A DNA stretch of 62,000 bases from Callorhinchus milii (Eukaryota), in the NCBI RefSeq assembly GCF_018977255.1, contig NW_024704743.1:2108001-2170000 (forward strand), written 5' to 3'. The stretch's first letter is position 1, and every line of letters begins with the position of its first letter. Both the position numbers and the translations under genes were made by a program. Shown piece after piece: positions 1 through 13,462 of this stretch. The notes under the pieces are model-generated. The model was given only the letters and a program-made list of their open reading frames with translations. It made no database searches and was not told where the DNA came from.

Positions 1-722
1 ATGAACCCACGTTAAAATCCGCTGTTTTCTGGGCTGTGCCCCAACGCCGGTGAAAATGCGATAGGCGACGATTTTGTGTCAGAATACGAAAGCGAATCGA
101 GTTGCATAATATCAAAGCTTGCGAATTATTTTAACTCATTTCCCCTATTCAGACTCGAACCAGTCGACTTAATATGACGCGCCCTAATGTATGTGTTGGG
201 TGCAATCAGCATAAATAAGGTTTTATTATTATTCAGGGCGTTTTTATTTTTATTTTTTTTTACTTTGGCTGCCTCCAAAATTGCCACTGTCAATTCAGCT
301 GTTCCTTTGATAACTTTTATTGTAACACGAGACCGTGGGGGAGAAATCTGCAGAATGAAACTGAATTCAAATGATTTGGTCCAAATGCGAGTGCCCGGAG
401 TAGGAAGCGAGCACTCACTGGGAAATAGGGAATGCCGGAGGTGTTAGTGAGAAGAACAACTCGGGTCTCGAAGCTTCGCCTTTTAAATATCAAAGAAAAC
501 AGAAAAAAAATCGTTCTGTATGGCATCGTCCTCCCTAAATTATAAGACTGTGTGTGTGATTTTATATGTATGGCTCCGGATTTGAAACAGTGAACATCAT
601 AATATATGTTATATACACATATTATATATATGTGTATATACACATATCTTATATATGTGTGTATATATATCATTAACTCAATATTTATGTCCAAGTGTTT
701 TTTATTCTTAATATGGATTGTT

Positions 723-753
<31 letters not shown>

Positions 754-1458
754 AAAAAAGGCACAATTTAAAGTGACCCGTTCAGTAATATTTCGCAGCA
801 GTTCAAATAGAATGAAATCACATTACTTAAATAGGTAACAGCAAATATTCAGTACTAATTTCATTATACACAAACCGTAGATTTTTTTTTAAAAAATCAA
901 GCAATACCAAAACGTTATTTTTTTTAAATAACGGTTTACACGTTATTTATGACAACACGTCGTCCAATCTACTTGAGACGTGGGTTTCGCTTCGAATAAG
1001 TTTCTTGCAGATAAGAAAATATACAGTACACGCGATGAGCCTGAACAACGAATCATTTATTCCGTTGCTTTTCAAATACATACCAGTTTGAAATATTATG
1101 ATTACATCCACAATAACCCCCCCCCCCCCACCCCACAACCCCCACTCCTTCCTTTCCCCCCAATAAAATAAAACGTATGGTCTCGGCAAGCACTAAGCCG
1201 AGAAATATAAATCTGTTTAATAGAATAACTGATAGTTTACAAACAACGTTGTTCTTTTAATTCAACAAACAGCGGCGAATTTCTTACCACGTAAATGTAC
1301 CAGGAAAATACTTTAGTTACAACGCGATGTCAGGTACACGTGAAGCTTCTTAAATGAGAAAACTCCCGTTTTAACGTTGATTAATATTTTCAGAGCTGTG
1401 AACGTGTCTGGTTTTGATTTGCATTGAAATGTTAACTAAAATAACAGGGAGAGAGATT

Positions 1459-1461
<3 letters not shown>

Positions 1462-1498
<37 letters not shown>
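1462..1498. repeat. (AG)n microsatellite
   Basis: Pure AG run. Similar runs at ~8714-8744 and ~17024-17051. Confidence 0.95.
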
Positions 1499-1501
<3 letters not shown>

Positions 1502-3036
1502 TAACAGTGACAACACGTCCAAAAAAAAAGAAGACTTTTTTGTTAGTTTTCTGGCTCTGTGTGTGTGTGCATTGAGGTTCAGGAAAGGGTATAACAGGGA
1601 CAAAATGTTGTTTTCCACAAAGCTATTTTTTTTTTTCAGAAGCTCTGATTTCCTGCGGAATCCTCAGCTTGTTTACACGTGTGGGCAATCTTGGTTAAGC
1701 TTGGCGTTCAAGCTCTAACTCCCTGTACCATTTTAGCAAAGTTTTAGCAAAGAGTTATTGGTAAATTCGGACCCAGGCGAACAGATTTCATTAGCTGATA
1801 AAAAAAAATAAACACGAGGAACCAAGAGCCTTTAATAGACCTGAACAAAGTGTATATATGTCATTGACCAGACGAATGCTGTTGTAATACCACAAAATGT
1901 CACCTCTTTCGGGGTGGGAGGGGGTGGGGGTGGAAGAGGTGTGTGGGTGGAGAGGCAGAGAGATAGAGAGAAAGAGAGAGAGAAAGAGAAAAAAGAGAGG
2001 ATGGAGGTGGGGGTGGTGGTGGTGGTGGGGAACCTTAATTCAAAATGAAACGTAATTGTAATACTTTCGGTAGAAAGACGGCGGTAGAGAAAGGGAAATG
2101 GGGATCCATTTGGTTGGGGTTCAATGTAATACAGAGCTTCCTGAGAGTTCAGACTAATTCAGGAAAGAGAGTCAAACCCCGACTGATAACACGTTTGTAA
2201 TTCACCAAATATAAATCCAATGCTGTGCTGTCTGTAAACACCGGGGAGCGGTTACCAAGACTAGGATATGCCAGAAAATACAACTTATCTCCATCACCCC
2301 CCCACCCCCCCCACCCTACCCCACCAAAAGGACTAAGGAAGACGGTTCCATTGAATTTAGGGATTTCTCTCTCTCTCTCTCTCTTACAACCGATTAGGTT
2401 TCTTAATCAGAAGCCACTTAGAAGCATCGGTGAGAGAGAAAGAGCTTTCCACCCAAGTCTGTTTATTACTCATCTTTATTTATCCCCAGATGGAAAATAT
2501 TTTCGCACCGCCCTCCCTGTCGTGTCTACTACGCTTTTGCTTCGAAAATGATGAATTCATCCGTGGGATTTTTTTTTTTTTTACAGTCAAACTATACCGC
2601 CTGATCGAAAGGAAACAATGATCAGAAGGAGATAGTATTGGACGAACCGCACAATGACCCACACAGTTCTGTGCAATTTCAAGATCTTCGCCGTATATAA
2701 CACATGCGACCAATTGAGCAATGGTGTACAAATGATTCCCACGCAGTTTCTTTCCTGTGTCAAATTCTCTCTCTCCAAAAGCTATGTGGATAGATCAATG
2801 TCGTGCTAACGTTTTCTCTCCCCCTCTCTCCCTCTCTCCCAGGTTTGCTGTAAGTTCAGCTGTGTGCATCAGACACAAGCCAATGCAAATTTTGGGGGTG
2901 TTGGAACATTTCAGGTCACTCGTCCAAGTGATCACAGTTAATTTGTACTTTTACGGAGCATTCGCTGCCTCTCACTTTTGCTGGTGAAGTTTTATTTTGA
3001 ATGCACCCAGCGCTCCCCTCTCCCTCTCCACGATAT

Positions 3037-3086
3037 TGTTTTCCCCACAACCATTTTAAACTGTTTTCCCCACAACCATTTTAAAC
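3037..3086. repeat. Perfect 25-nt tandem duplication
   Basis: tgttttccccacaaccattttaaac at 3037-3061 and 3062-3086. Confidence 0.9.
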
Positions 3087-5897
3087 CCCCCCACCCCCGT
3101 TTGTAACCTCTCGGTTAATAAAACTTGCTTTCGAAACTTCATTTTGCCTTTCTCACGATAAGATTGCGGCATCTCGGTAAACAACACAGTGCAAAACTAC
3201 ACCATTATTTATTTCATGGGGAGAGGGGGGGGCACACAGAGAGAGAGAGAGAGAGAAAAAATCATGTTGGAATAAGATTTGCACTGAATGTAGACCAGTG
3301 CAAGGAGAGGTACCAATCTATCTCTGCTGCTTGTCTAACATTATAGGCTTCTGTCTCAACACACGAATGATTTTATTATAGGCTGAATAACTAAAGCACA
3401 AATGGACTGTAGATCAGCAATTTGTCAACAGCCGAAATTAAAGGCGATGCCTCATGTTCTATGTATGACAAGCGAAATATTATGCAGCAGATTTTTGTTT
3501 TAAATCAATGCATATATGTATTTAAGAAGGCCCTATTTGCTTTAAAATCTGCTATTACCTGATTTCTGTAGAGGCCGATGGAAATGTGTGCACTGGCGTT
3601 TGAGAGCATTGGGGAACCCATTCATCACAAAGTTGTTCATTCGCTGCTACTGAACTCCAAGACGATGAGATTACACTGAATTGTTATTACAGCCACAACA
3701 GATGAAGACGAGAAACAGTTTCACTTGTTTCTTCATTTATTTTTAAAAATCCAGCCCGACAAAAATCGATTAAAGTCTACATCTTGGTCAACAAATGTCG
3801 CCTGGCGGTTGTAACTTGAGCGTAAAAAAAAATGTGATGGTTCATCAGTGGGAAATGATCGAGTCGTCCCTCTGTTAACACCGTTTATTCCCTCATCATA
3901 CGTTTATATTCTCTCGGAGTATTTTGGAATACCTTTGAGCACTTGGTGTGGTAAAGGCAGAACGCTAACAGTTGGACAGAAAAAAAAAGTCAGTGGTCAG
4001 AGTTGACAAACTGTCCAATTCTTCCAATAAGCAAATGCGTCAAAAAGGTGAACAGGACTTCTTTATTGTGAATTTATTTAAGTTGGTGTCAGTTAATGTA
4101 CCACTGAAATGTCCAAGAGTGTGTGTGTGTGTGTGTGTGTGGGGGGGGGGGGGGTGATGGTGGTCGAGGGTGGGGGAGTGGAGGTGTTGGTGAGAGAAAA
4201 TACTTTACTGTTGGATACTGTTGAGATTTTGAAAACATTTCAAAACTGAAAGTGATCCCCCCCCCCCACCCCCGCCCACCGAAGAAAAAAGTGTCCCCTC
4301 AAAATAAACTTTGGTTTCACACTTTCACACCAGACACAAACTTGTTGTTAAGCCCCGAGACCCCGAAATGTGTGAACAAATCTTGAGTTCTCAAAATATT
4401 ATTGAGCAATCGAGTGGCTGACCACTTTGCCAACGTTTTATCTGTGTGGTTGAAACACGTACTGTAATAATATAATAGTTCTTACAAATACATACTGTAT
4501 TTAACACTATTAGGACCTTTAGGGGCTCTGCAGTGAGCCCCCGAAACAGTTTGTGTACATAAGAAAAGAGTCTCAGTATCTTCCCAACTGCAACCCCCAA
4601 AATCACTGTATGTTCCAACGCGCTTCTCAATACAAATGGAGCAGAAAACGACAGTGAAAAGCATTTTTTTTGGAGAATTATAATGGCAATCTTAAAACAA
4701 TGTCAAAACAAGTTACTGACACCCTCCCTCCCCCCCCCCCCACCCCTGTCCCCCCCCCCCCCACCACCCCCAAAACAAACAAGACATCGGTCGGGTTGAT
4801 TTAAATAAAAACAATATTTGTTTCCATGTAAAAATATTGAAGACGTGAAAAGCGCTACATCAAACGCAAGGTTTATTATTATTATTTTTATTATTATTAT
4901 TATCATCATTATTAACATTATAATAAATACGCGAGAGGAACACACGAGAACAGTCGATGGTTTAGAATAGTTTGCTCTCGGTCAACGTCGCTCCTACTGT
5001 TTCGCTTCACTATCCTGAACATCTATCCCAATGGCCAATCTTGGAAATCTTAATCATTGGAAATGAATCTCCTCGTTCTTCCTTTGCAAACTTTTTTTTT
5101 GTGGGGTGGGAAGTCGGGAAGGGAATTTCCAACTATATGTATGTGTGTGTGCGTGTGTTTTTTGCAGATTCAACCAACTTACTGTCTTTACCCATTCTCC
5201 CCCCCCCCCCCCCCCCACCTCTCCCCTCTCCCCCCTCCCACCGCCGACACACTTTTTTTTTCTGGAATCGTGAGAAGTCGCATCGCATTTGCGAGAAAAA
5301 AAAACGCGTTGGGAATGTTCACTCTCAACTGCAAAAAGTTTGAAGGCAGCCCAAGTCCTGCTGATCCACTGGCAGTCAGTTGGACCAGGATTCTGTGCTG
5401 TCAACGAACCAGGATCTTGTGCTCTGTGTAAATATTGTGTTGATTGGGATGGGAGGGGTGGGTGTGGGAGGGGGGGGTCGGCGAGGGCTGCCTTAACTCT
5501 TCTTTGCCAAAATGCGACCGTCTGCTACCTTTGCCCAACACGTCCTCAGTTCCCCCCTCACCCCTACCTGCCTCTCCACCCGAGATAGAAAGTGGGAAGC
5601 GTTGCAGAAAATCTCAGACAAAAGGCCCTGTCAGGAAGAGCGCATTTCCCAGCGTTGACCTGGTATCGGAGGCTAAAGAAGTCATCTGCATTTCTATTCT
5701 TGCTCAGCTTGTATGTGGAAGTAGAGTCCAAATGGTCACTGCCTTGATGAGTCTGCTCTCTGTACAAAGTGGGGAGCGACCTCTCAGACACTGTGTGTGT
5801 GTGTGAGTGAGTGAGTGAGTGAGTGTCTATATGTGAATGGAGTCTGTGGTCAGGAGACTGGGGTGAAGGTCAAAGCCTCTGTCACATCTGCGGGTGG

Positions 5898-6472
5898 GTT
5901 CATTTCCTCTCTGACCAAACCGTTCACTCCTGAATAAAACCCCAACTCAACAACAACAACAACAACAACAGTTCATTTCCTCTCTGACCAAACCGTTCAC
6001 TCCTGAATAAAACCCAAACTCAACAACAACAACAACAGTTCATTTCCTCTCTGACCAAACCGTTCACTCCTGAATAAAACCCAAACTCAACAACAACAAC
6101 AACAGTTCATTTCCTCTCTGACCAAACCGTTCACTTCTGAATAAAACCCAAACTCAACAACAACAACAACAACAGTTCATTTCCTCTCTGACCAAACCGT
6201 TCACTTCTGAATAAAACCCCAACTCAACAACAACAACAACAGTTCATTTCCTCTCTGACCAAACCGTTCACTTCTGAATAAAACCCCAACTCAACAACAA
6301 CAACAACAACAGTTCATTTCCTCTCTGACCAAACCGTTCACTTCTGAATAAAACCCAAACTCAACAACAACAACAACAACAACAACAGTTCATTTCCTCT
6401 CTGACCAAACCGTTCACTTCTGAATAAAACCCAAACTCAACAACAACAACAAACAACAACGACAACAACAAC
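5898..6472. repeat. Minisatellite, 8 copies of a 67-76 nt unit ending in (CAA)n
   Basis: Unit gttcatttcctctctgaccaaaccgttcactYctgaataaaacccMaact(caa)n starts at 5898, 5971, 6038, 6105, 6175, 6242, 6312 and 6388. Confidence 0.97.
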
Positions 6473-6649
6473 ACTCCCCAGCTGACACACTTTCCTACCA
6501 AACAATTTTTTTAATGACCAATTTTTTTAAACCCCCCCCTCCCGCCCCACCAACCTCTCTCTTCCCCAAACACATCCACCCCCCCCCCGCCACCCCAACA
6601 ACAAAAAAAAAGAAGTGCAATGGCCAACTAAAAAGGGATTTATTTTTTT

Positions 6650-6815
6650 TTGCTCCCAGTGACTTTACAATCAGCTCATGCAAATGGCGCTTTGTAGAAA
6701 ATGGTTTGACAGGAAGCTCTATGGGTCAGACTTGAATACTCTGCATTGACTGGTTGGAGCTTTGCACTTTCAAGATAAAAGGCAAAGTGGGTCGCTCTTA
6801 CACTTTGAAGCATTA
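6650..6815. promoter_or_regulatory. Candidate enhancer block
   Basis: Unique sequence between poly-C and poly-G tracts, with octamer ATGCAAAT 6678-6685, Sox-type CTTTGT 6690-6695 and TCF/LEF-type CTTTGAAG 6803-6810. Confidence 0.4.
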
Positions 6816-8709
6816 GGGAGAGGGGAGAGGAGCGGGGAGGGGGGGGGAGTGGGTGGTATGTTGTGGGAGAGGAGGGGGAGAGGGAGGGAGGGGTAGAGGG
6901 GAGTGGGGGGAGAATGGAAAATGTACATTTTCCTTTTTTTTTTCCTGGGTGTCTCCAGTGGGCTGTGTCTTGAACAACAAAAGCCACCTCCCCCCCCCCC
7001 CTTCCCCTTCCCCTTCCCCCCACGGTTTTATTTCATCCATACTTTTTTTTTAATGCTTCCTTGTCTCGACTTGAATATGCAATGAAGCGCCGGCCTCTTT
7101 TGTGGCGGAAATATAATTAAAGTGGTGAAAGATGTAAAAAGTGAAGAAAGGGGATGACATCAGGTCGATTTCACACTTGGCACTCGCTTGGCCTGGACCT
7201 AGCCGGGTTCTTGCCATGCAACACAGATCAAAGCAACCTGCCATCACCACCAAAAAAAAAAGGGGGCTGAGGGGAAGGGGAGGGGGGGGTGGGGAGGGAG
7301 TGGGGGTGGGGAGGGAGTAGGGGGGGGAACTTAAGTATGTTAATCCCCAGGACAAATATATTTTAATCTTGTTAGAATACAAGTTAATGCTGCAGCTCAG
7401 AGGCTGAACTTTGTCAGACTGTAGAGAACCACTTTGCTGCAGTCCTGATTGAGGCAGACCTCCTGGTTCAATGATATTGAATTTAGGTAATTTTTTTTTT
7501 AAAAAACAAAACCTTCCCTCTATTACAGACCCAGGGCCTGGTCTAAAGAAAAATACCGCCTCCCTCTCCACCCCCCCACCCCCCCCCCCCCACAAACCAA
7601 CCCCCACCCCCCCACCACTTTCCAAAAATAAAAGCTTGAGCAGCTGTGTCACTGACCTTGTTAAGCTCCCCTGCCAAGACACATAGGATGGGCAGGAAAT
7701 GAGCATTTATTTATCTGTCCGACTTGCAGATGGCAAAATAAGTCCAATTCCACCAGTTTTGCACCACCTTTCAAACCCCCTGCCACCAGCACAGAAGCTG
7801 CGACTAGTTTTAAACCAGGTAGTTAACTTAGTGTCAAACTGGGTAGTGGCTTTGGCTGTGTACACTGGGGGAAAAAATTCGAATTATTCCAAAATGTTTT
7901 GTCTCACAAACACACACAAAACATGTGGATAGAGATCAGAGGGAGTTTGCAATTCATAATTTTAAGTCATATCTGACAAACTCAAATCTAACCACCCAAC
8001 ACACCCCACCACCAAAGGCTGGCAAAGGTGGATTTATAAAATAAGAATGTATTAGGATACTCGTGTCCAGAGATAACAAGGCTGTGATCCTTATGTGCGA
8101 GACCGGTGATGATAATTTGTCTGGAATCTAACGCAACAAAAAAAATTGTTCTGCTGGAAAATGACCCCGTCACAAGACGTTGCTGGTTACTGCTGGTGAA
8201 TTTGATCTTTGCATTCAGAGATGTCCGGGGGAAAAAAAAATAAGCATAAAACAGCTCAATCAAATACTTACACACATACCCAAACCTTAAATTACTGGAG
8301 CAACCGTCAGGTAATGAATGGTGAGTGTTAAGAACAACAAATACTGCCCGAATTTTCTTAATATTACAATTACATGCTCTCCAAAAAACAAAGGCATGAA
8401 TCTCAAATGATCTTAGATAATTAAAGAAACCACTACAGATATATATATACACACATATATCTCACAGCCCATTTCTGGATCATTACAAAACAGCGCAAAG
8501 GCAATAAAAGTCGCAAGTGAAGCGTTGGCGAGTTGTGCAAATACAATTCGCACTTTTTAAAACATATATATATATATGTGTGTATGTATTTTTAAAAAAA
8601 AAACTTGTCACGATTAAAGACGCATTGATGATCAGTGAACAGAAACCAGTCATCAATCCTGCGTCACTTTGCAGTCAGTACCTGTAGGGAAATCGAGGAT
8701 CCCTTTTGC

Positions 8710-8748
<39 letters not shown>

Positions 8749-9689
8749 TTTAGAATGAAGATCGCGGGACTTTTGTTTTATATATAAAAAAAGAGTTTAA
8801 ACTTCTTGGATGTGGCCCTACAGCAGGTCGTCGGTGAAATACATCCAACGACAGGAATATGCAGGGAATTCACAGGTCGGAACAAAACGCCTGTGTTCAC
8901 GAACTCACTTTATCACTCAGGTACAATCAATTGCATTCGCAGCCAAACCGACTGTTACACCGGTCCTGAAACTTCAGTGGCTTTTCCGAAGTCTTTTGGT
9001 GATGGACATTTGGGAACCTCGTCAATATATTGTGGGTTAAATTGTGGCTTTATCAAGAGGGGGTGGTGGGGGGAGGGGGGGGGGGGGGGAGAGAGAAAAA
9101 AAAAGGATTTGGGCAATGAGAGCGATTCTAAGTTGTAAAGAAATATTAAGAGTAACATCAACACTGCAGTTCACTTAAAGAGAGGACCCTCTCATAAGCC
9201 TCAATTTTGAATAACATCACACGCATTGCTGACACTTATGGGGTCTCCCCATGTAATCCACTGAATAATACATACGGAAAGCTCCCCCTTAAATGTTTTT
9301 TTTAAAAAAAGAAATACATACATTAAAAAAAAGCAATTGGGACACCAGAAATTGAACTTTTGAGTGTGAACTTTTGATATTGGGAGTAAACTACACTAAA
9401 AATAATTCCAAGTCGGAATTTTGCACTAAATTTAATGAAAAGCTATTTAAACGGCTTTGTAAAGAATTCCACTCAGTTGGATATCTGGGAAAAAAAAACT
9501 CACTCCAACCATAAAGGGAGGCAACTAAACTGGACAATGTATATTTTGCCTCAAAGATGGAAGGACATCATTCCATCACGGATTACTAATCAACTTATTT
9601 ACTATTATGATTATGGAACAGTAATTTGCAAATGGTTTAAAGGTTTGAGGTTGAAAACAAGTGAAAAAAAATTGGGGGAGGGAAGGAAA

Positions 9690-9838
9690 GCCTATTAATC
9701 ATCACTGCTGAGTTTATTAATAATCATCAGGACTATTTAAAAGGTAATCTAATTAGGAAACATTACATCAAAAACCACCTTGCTTAATTGTAATTTACAT
9801 GGCTGCTTCCAAAAGAACCCTGAAATAATTACATAATT
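9690..9838. promoter_or_regulatory. Candidate homeodomain-site-rich conserved element
   Basis: Dense TAAT/ATTA cores (ttaatcatc, ttattaataatc, taatctaattagg, cttaattgtaattta, ataattacataatt) in non-repeat sequence. Confidence 0.35.
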
Positions 9839-9958
9839 CCTGCATTTGATACAACGCTTTATCACTTCGTTGAGACGTCTCAAAGTGCTTCAGAATATAC
9901 TGTAAAGTGAATTGACCGTATATTTTTGTGGTGAAACGCGGCAGCGAATTGCGCACAG
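9836..9958 (-). mobile_element. Family A SINE 3' fragment
   Basis: Reverse complement of the family A tail and body. The only clear interspersed repeat I found in the first ~16.8 kb. Confidence 0.8.
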
Positions 9959-10036
9959 ATGCTATCTAGATTGAGAAGGTGTGGTGGAAAAGTTCAATAA
10001 CCGTTAACTGCTGAGTAAAAATCACTTGAATTTGTT

Positions 10037-10042
10037 TTTATT
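10037..10042 (-). terminator. Candidate CNPY1 polyadenylation signal (AATAAA)
   Basis: TTTATT on + at 10037-10042. Alternatives at 10317-10322 and 9713-9718. Sequence alone cannot show which is used. Confidence 0.35.
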
Positions 10043-10505
10043 AAATCAGTAGACAATAACATCAAAGGAGAACCCACCAATTATTAAAGATATAAAAGCA
10101 CCTCATTTAAATTGCAAGTCGGGCATACAGGTTAGAGAAGAAACCCACAATGCTCACCAATGAGCACCTCATGTGAAGAAAAGGGAACACAAGTCAAATT
10201 ACTCTCTATTACTTGAGACATTTTTCAGAAGATGAGCACTGATTTCAGCAGGAGTAGTAATTTAATCCAGATGAAACATCTAGTTATAAAATACCTTGGT
10301 CTAATAATCGACAAGTTTTATTATGAACCAATGACAAATTTTCTATGAAAAAGACGTAGCTAATATCTGAATACATCTTGATGGGTCAGGGAGAAAAGGT
10401 AATCAATGCCAGACATCATTTTTCATCCATAATAAATTCACAAGCTGCTGGTATAGTTGTTCACAATTCTCCCTCCTCCACCCTATGTGCATCAAGTCTG
10501 AAGTA

Positions 10506-10549
10506 TTATAGATCAGTGTGAGGACTTGCTTGGGATGGCTCACAAAATT
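10506..10549 (-). CDS. CNPY1: CNPY1 final coding exon (ER-retrieval-like HTDL)
   Basis: Acceptor ttttgttttctttacag; 44 nt. Encodes (E)FCEPSQASPHTDL-TAA, supplying the sixth Cys and a KDEL-like end. Exon sum 94+116+207+97+44 = 558 nt = 185 aa + stop. Confidence 0.9.
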
Positions 10550-12660
10550 CTGTAAAGAAAACAAAATTGATTCAGTTTTAGATAGAATCAGTTCACTAAA
10601 AGTATTCATATTCTGATAACCTAACAAAAACAACAATGTACATTTATATCGTGCCCTTTACATAGTATATCACTTAAATAGCACAACCGTATTAGTGGAA
10701 ATATATAAATGCATTCGGGGGAAATTGCCATTCACATTAATTTAAAAAGGCTCATCCACTTGCACAAAAAAAAGGAAAGGTATTCCATACATACACAAAT
10801 TCTGTCAGTTGAGCAACTGAGATCCCATATATACAAAAATGCTATCTCCAGAGATTTGGTTGATAATTTCTCTGCACTGGTATGAAGTAGATTTTCTGCA
10901 GTCAGAATGTGTGTGACACAGGTAGGTTGTACTGGCCAAAAACACTGCAGTAAACAATGTGTATTTCATAATAGATAAATATTATCACAAACAAATCTAA
11001 AATCAGATTTCTCAAAAGCTTAAAATATTAACAGAAGAAACTTCATTATGGTAAATTGATAAGTCTCAACATACCGAATATTAAAATAATTAATGTGGTT
11101 ATTTATGAAAAACACAGGGCAAATATTCACCATCTTGTTATAATTATTCCAGAATACCAACATCTGTTAGTAGTATTAAAACAATTGGTATGCTTTTAAA
11201 AAAACTCCACCTGTCCTCTAACATATCTACAAATGCCAAAAACCTAGCTACAATTTTCAATCTAGATATAAAAAAACGCTGTATATATTCTGTAATTTTT
11301 GCATGAACACAATAGATAGTGACAGATAGACAAGCCCATTGATGTATGTTTAATTGTTTAGTCTATCCAAGGCCCAAGCAATATTTTTTTAAAAATTCAA
11401 GTTACGACAGTAGTGATGTGAGGTTGATGTCTTTCTTCCACAGTAAAGTTCATCTTTAAAATTGGATTCTTTAAAAAAAAGTTTCAATTCAACTATGGAA
11501 CAGTTGACGCATAGTTGTTGCAGAAGCGTTGGTGGCTACTATCAATACTTAAACCTTTACGATGTGTAAAACTAAAAGAGTAACCCTTGAGAAATCAATT
11601 TACCTGGGCTTCAAGATCAGACAGGATTTTGATAAATTTGAAATAATCAACACTGGAGAAATAATGTCAAGAGAATATATCTAACCTTCAGATACCGGTT
11701 GTAATAGATTAAATATATATCCAAAATGTAAAATAGCATTCGCTGAGTTATTCCAGGAAATAGAAACTTTTGCAGAATGTAAAACAATGTAAGTAAATAG
11801 TAATGATTGTTCTCCTCAGCCTTAACAACACCTCTTATCGAGTTTCTGATTGGTTAACTTGGCAGATTAGCTTCATTGTGCAAATCAGAAAGGAAACCCA
11901 AAAGGGACAAAAAAAAATCAGTAATCAATCCTGCATCACGACATTTGCCATTTCTGCCTTCAATTATATCTTCCCTTTAAAAAGGTGTGTTTATGGTCTA
12001 TTGTAGTGAGCTGGTCTTGATCTTCATGTTCAAAATCATTCTGCCCAAGACACAAAATTTGTAAATTGGGATCATCTGTAAACCGGTTTAAGTTTTAAAG
12101 GTAGGTTATATCCCCAAGGTGATTCTATCACAGTTTGAAACTAAACATTGGCACAAGTGAGACATTCATGAAATGGCTTCTACGAGGTTGGTGCAGCAAG
12201 AACAACATTCGCTGGGTCACAGAAGCACAATCACACATTCAAGTAAATGAAGCACTGGGCTCAAGATAAAAGGCGCAGATAGCCATTTAATATTTGGTGC
12301 ATTGTTTTCACAATCAGCACCGCCGTTGAAGAAAATTAAAGTTATTAAGGAGTCACTCCAATCAAAAGAAAATTGAGATTTTAGCCACTTATTCCCTGAA
12401 GAATTTCGTATCAGTTAAAGGGATTTTCAGCAGGCAGTTTTCCTGAATACTAATGGGGGGGGGTTAGAAATGGTGGGAGACACTTAAGTTAAATGTACAG
12501 TATATCCATGTATGCAGTGATCTTCAACCGCTGACTTGATTTGCACAAAAACGCCTCGTTAGGAGCTGAATTTGAGCAGTCCAATAAAAATAATTAGTTA
12601 AAATGAACATACATTTAATAGCAGCTCTACAGAAGAAACTCTCGCGAGCAGAAGACTTTA

Positions 12661-12975
<315 letters not shown>

Positions 12976-13210
12976 CTATTTCCTCCCCCATCAATAACTA
13001 GAATTATTTTTTGTCGTGCTTGCAAATCAGGTTGAATAAAAAGTTCAACTGATATAAAATTACCACCAGCTAAATACAAATTAAAATGGTGCTCTCTTTC
13101 CCTCCCTCCTCTGCCCACCCCTCCCGTTACTAATCTTTGACAAACTTAAAATGATGTGACTGGCACGGATTGTATTACAGAATTTTAAAATGGCACGACC
13201 TTAAGTTCTG

Positions 13211-13224
13211 GTGCCCTCTGCTGT
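13211..13224 (-). promoter_or_regulatory. Candidate CTCF site (reverse)
   Basis: Minus strand reads ACAGCAGAGGGCAC, one mismatch from CCAGCAGAGGGCAC. Lies ~30 nt into CNPY1 intron 3. Confidence 0.45.
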
Positions 13225-13255
13225 GAAGCTATCTGAACACACTGGAAAGCCTTAC

Positions 13256-13462
13256 CGCAAACTTTAGAGATTTTGAGTTCTCTGGATCAAACTTGAAATT
13301 ATTGAAATCCACAGAACTCATTTTTTCAGACTCCCTGGGAGCAAATCTCATGTACGTTTTCTTCTGAGTCTCTGGATCCTCATAGAGTGAATAGTCATCC
13401 AGGTTTGAACAAACATCTTCTAAGATCTCTGATAAATGGGTTTCCGACCTGGCATACAGAAT
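13256..13462 (-). CDS. CNPY1: CNPY1 coding exon 3
   Basis: Acceptor cttttctccag and donor gtaag; 207 nt. Encodes ILYARSETHLSEILEDVCSNLDDYSLYEDPETQKKTYMRFAPRESEKMSSVDFNNFKFDPENSKSLKFA. The RFAPR motif is CNPY1-type rather than CNPY2-type. Confidence 0.95.

Noticed and set aside
5898..6472. CRISPR-like repeat/spacer appearance
   Set aside because: The intervening parts are only (CAA)n of variable length, not unique spacers. The context is eukaryotic and there are no cas genes.
7050..7706. 218-aa minus-strand ORF
   Set aside because: It is built largely from poly-G/poly-C tracts and has no recognisable domain.
1..9000. EN2 coding sequence
   Set aside because: No homeodomain or engrailed EH motifs appear in the ORF track or by eye. 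EN2 is only inferred by synteny to lie left of the window.
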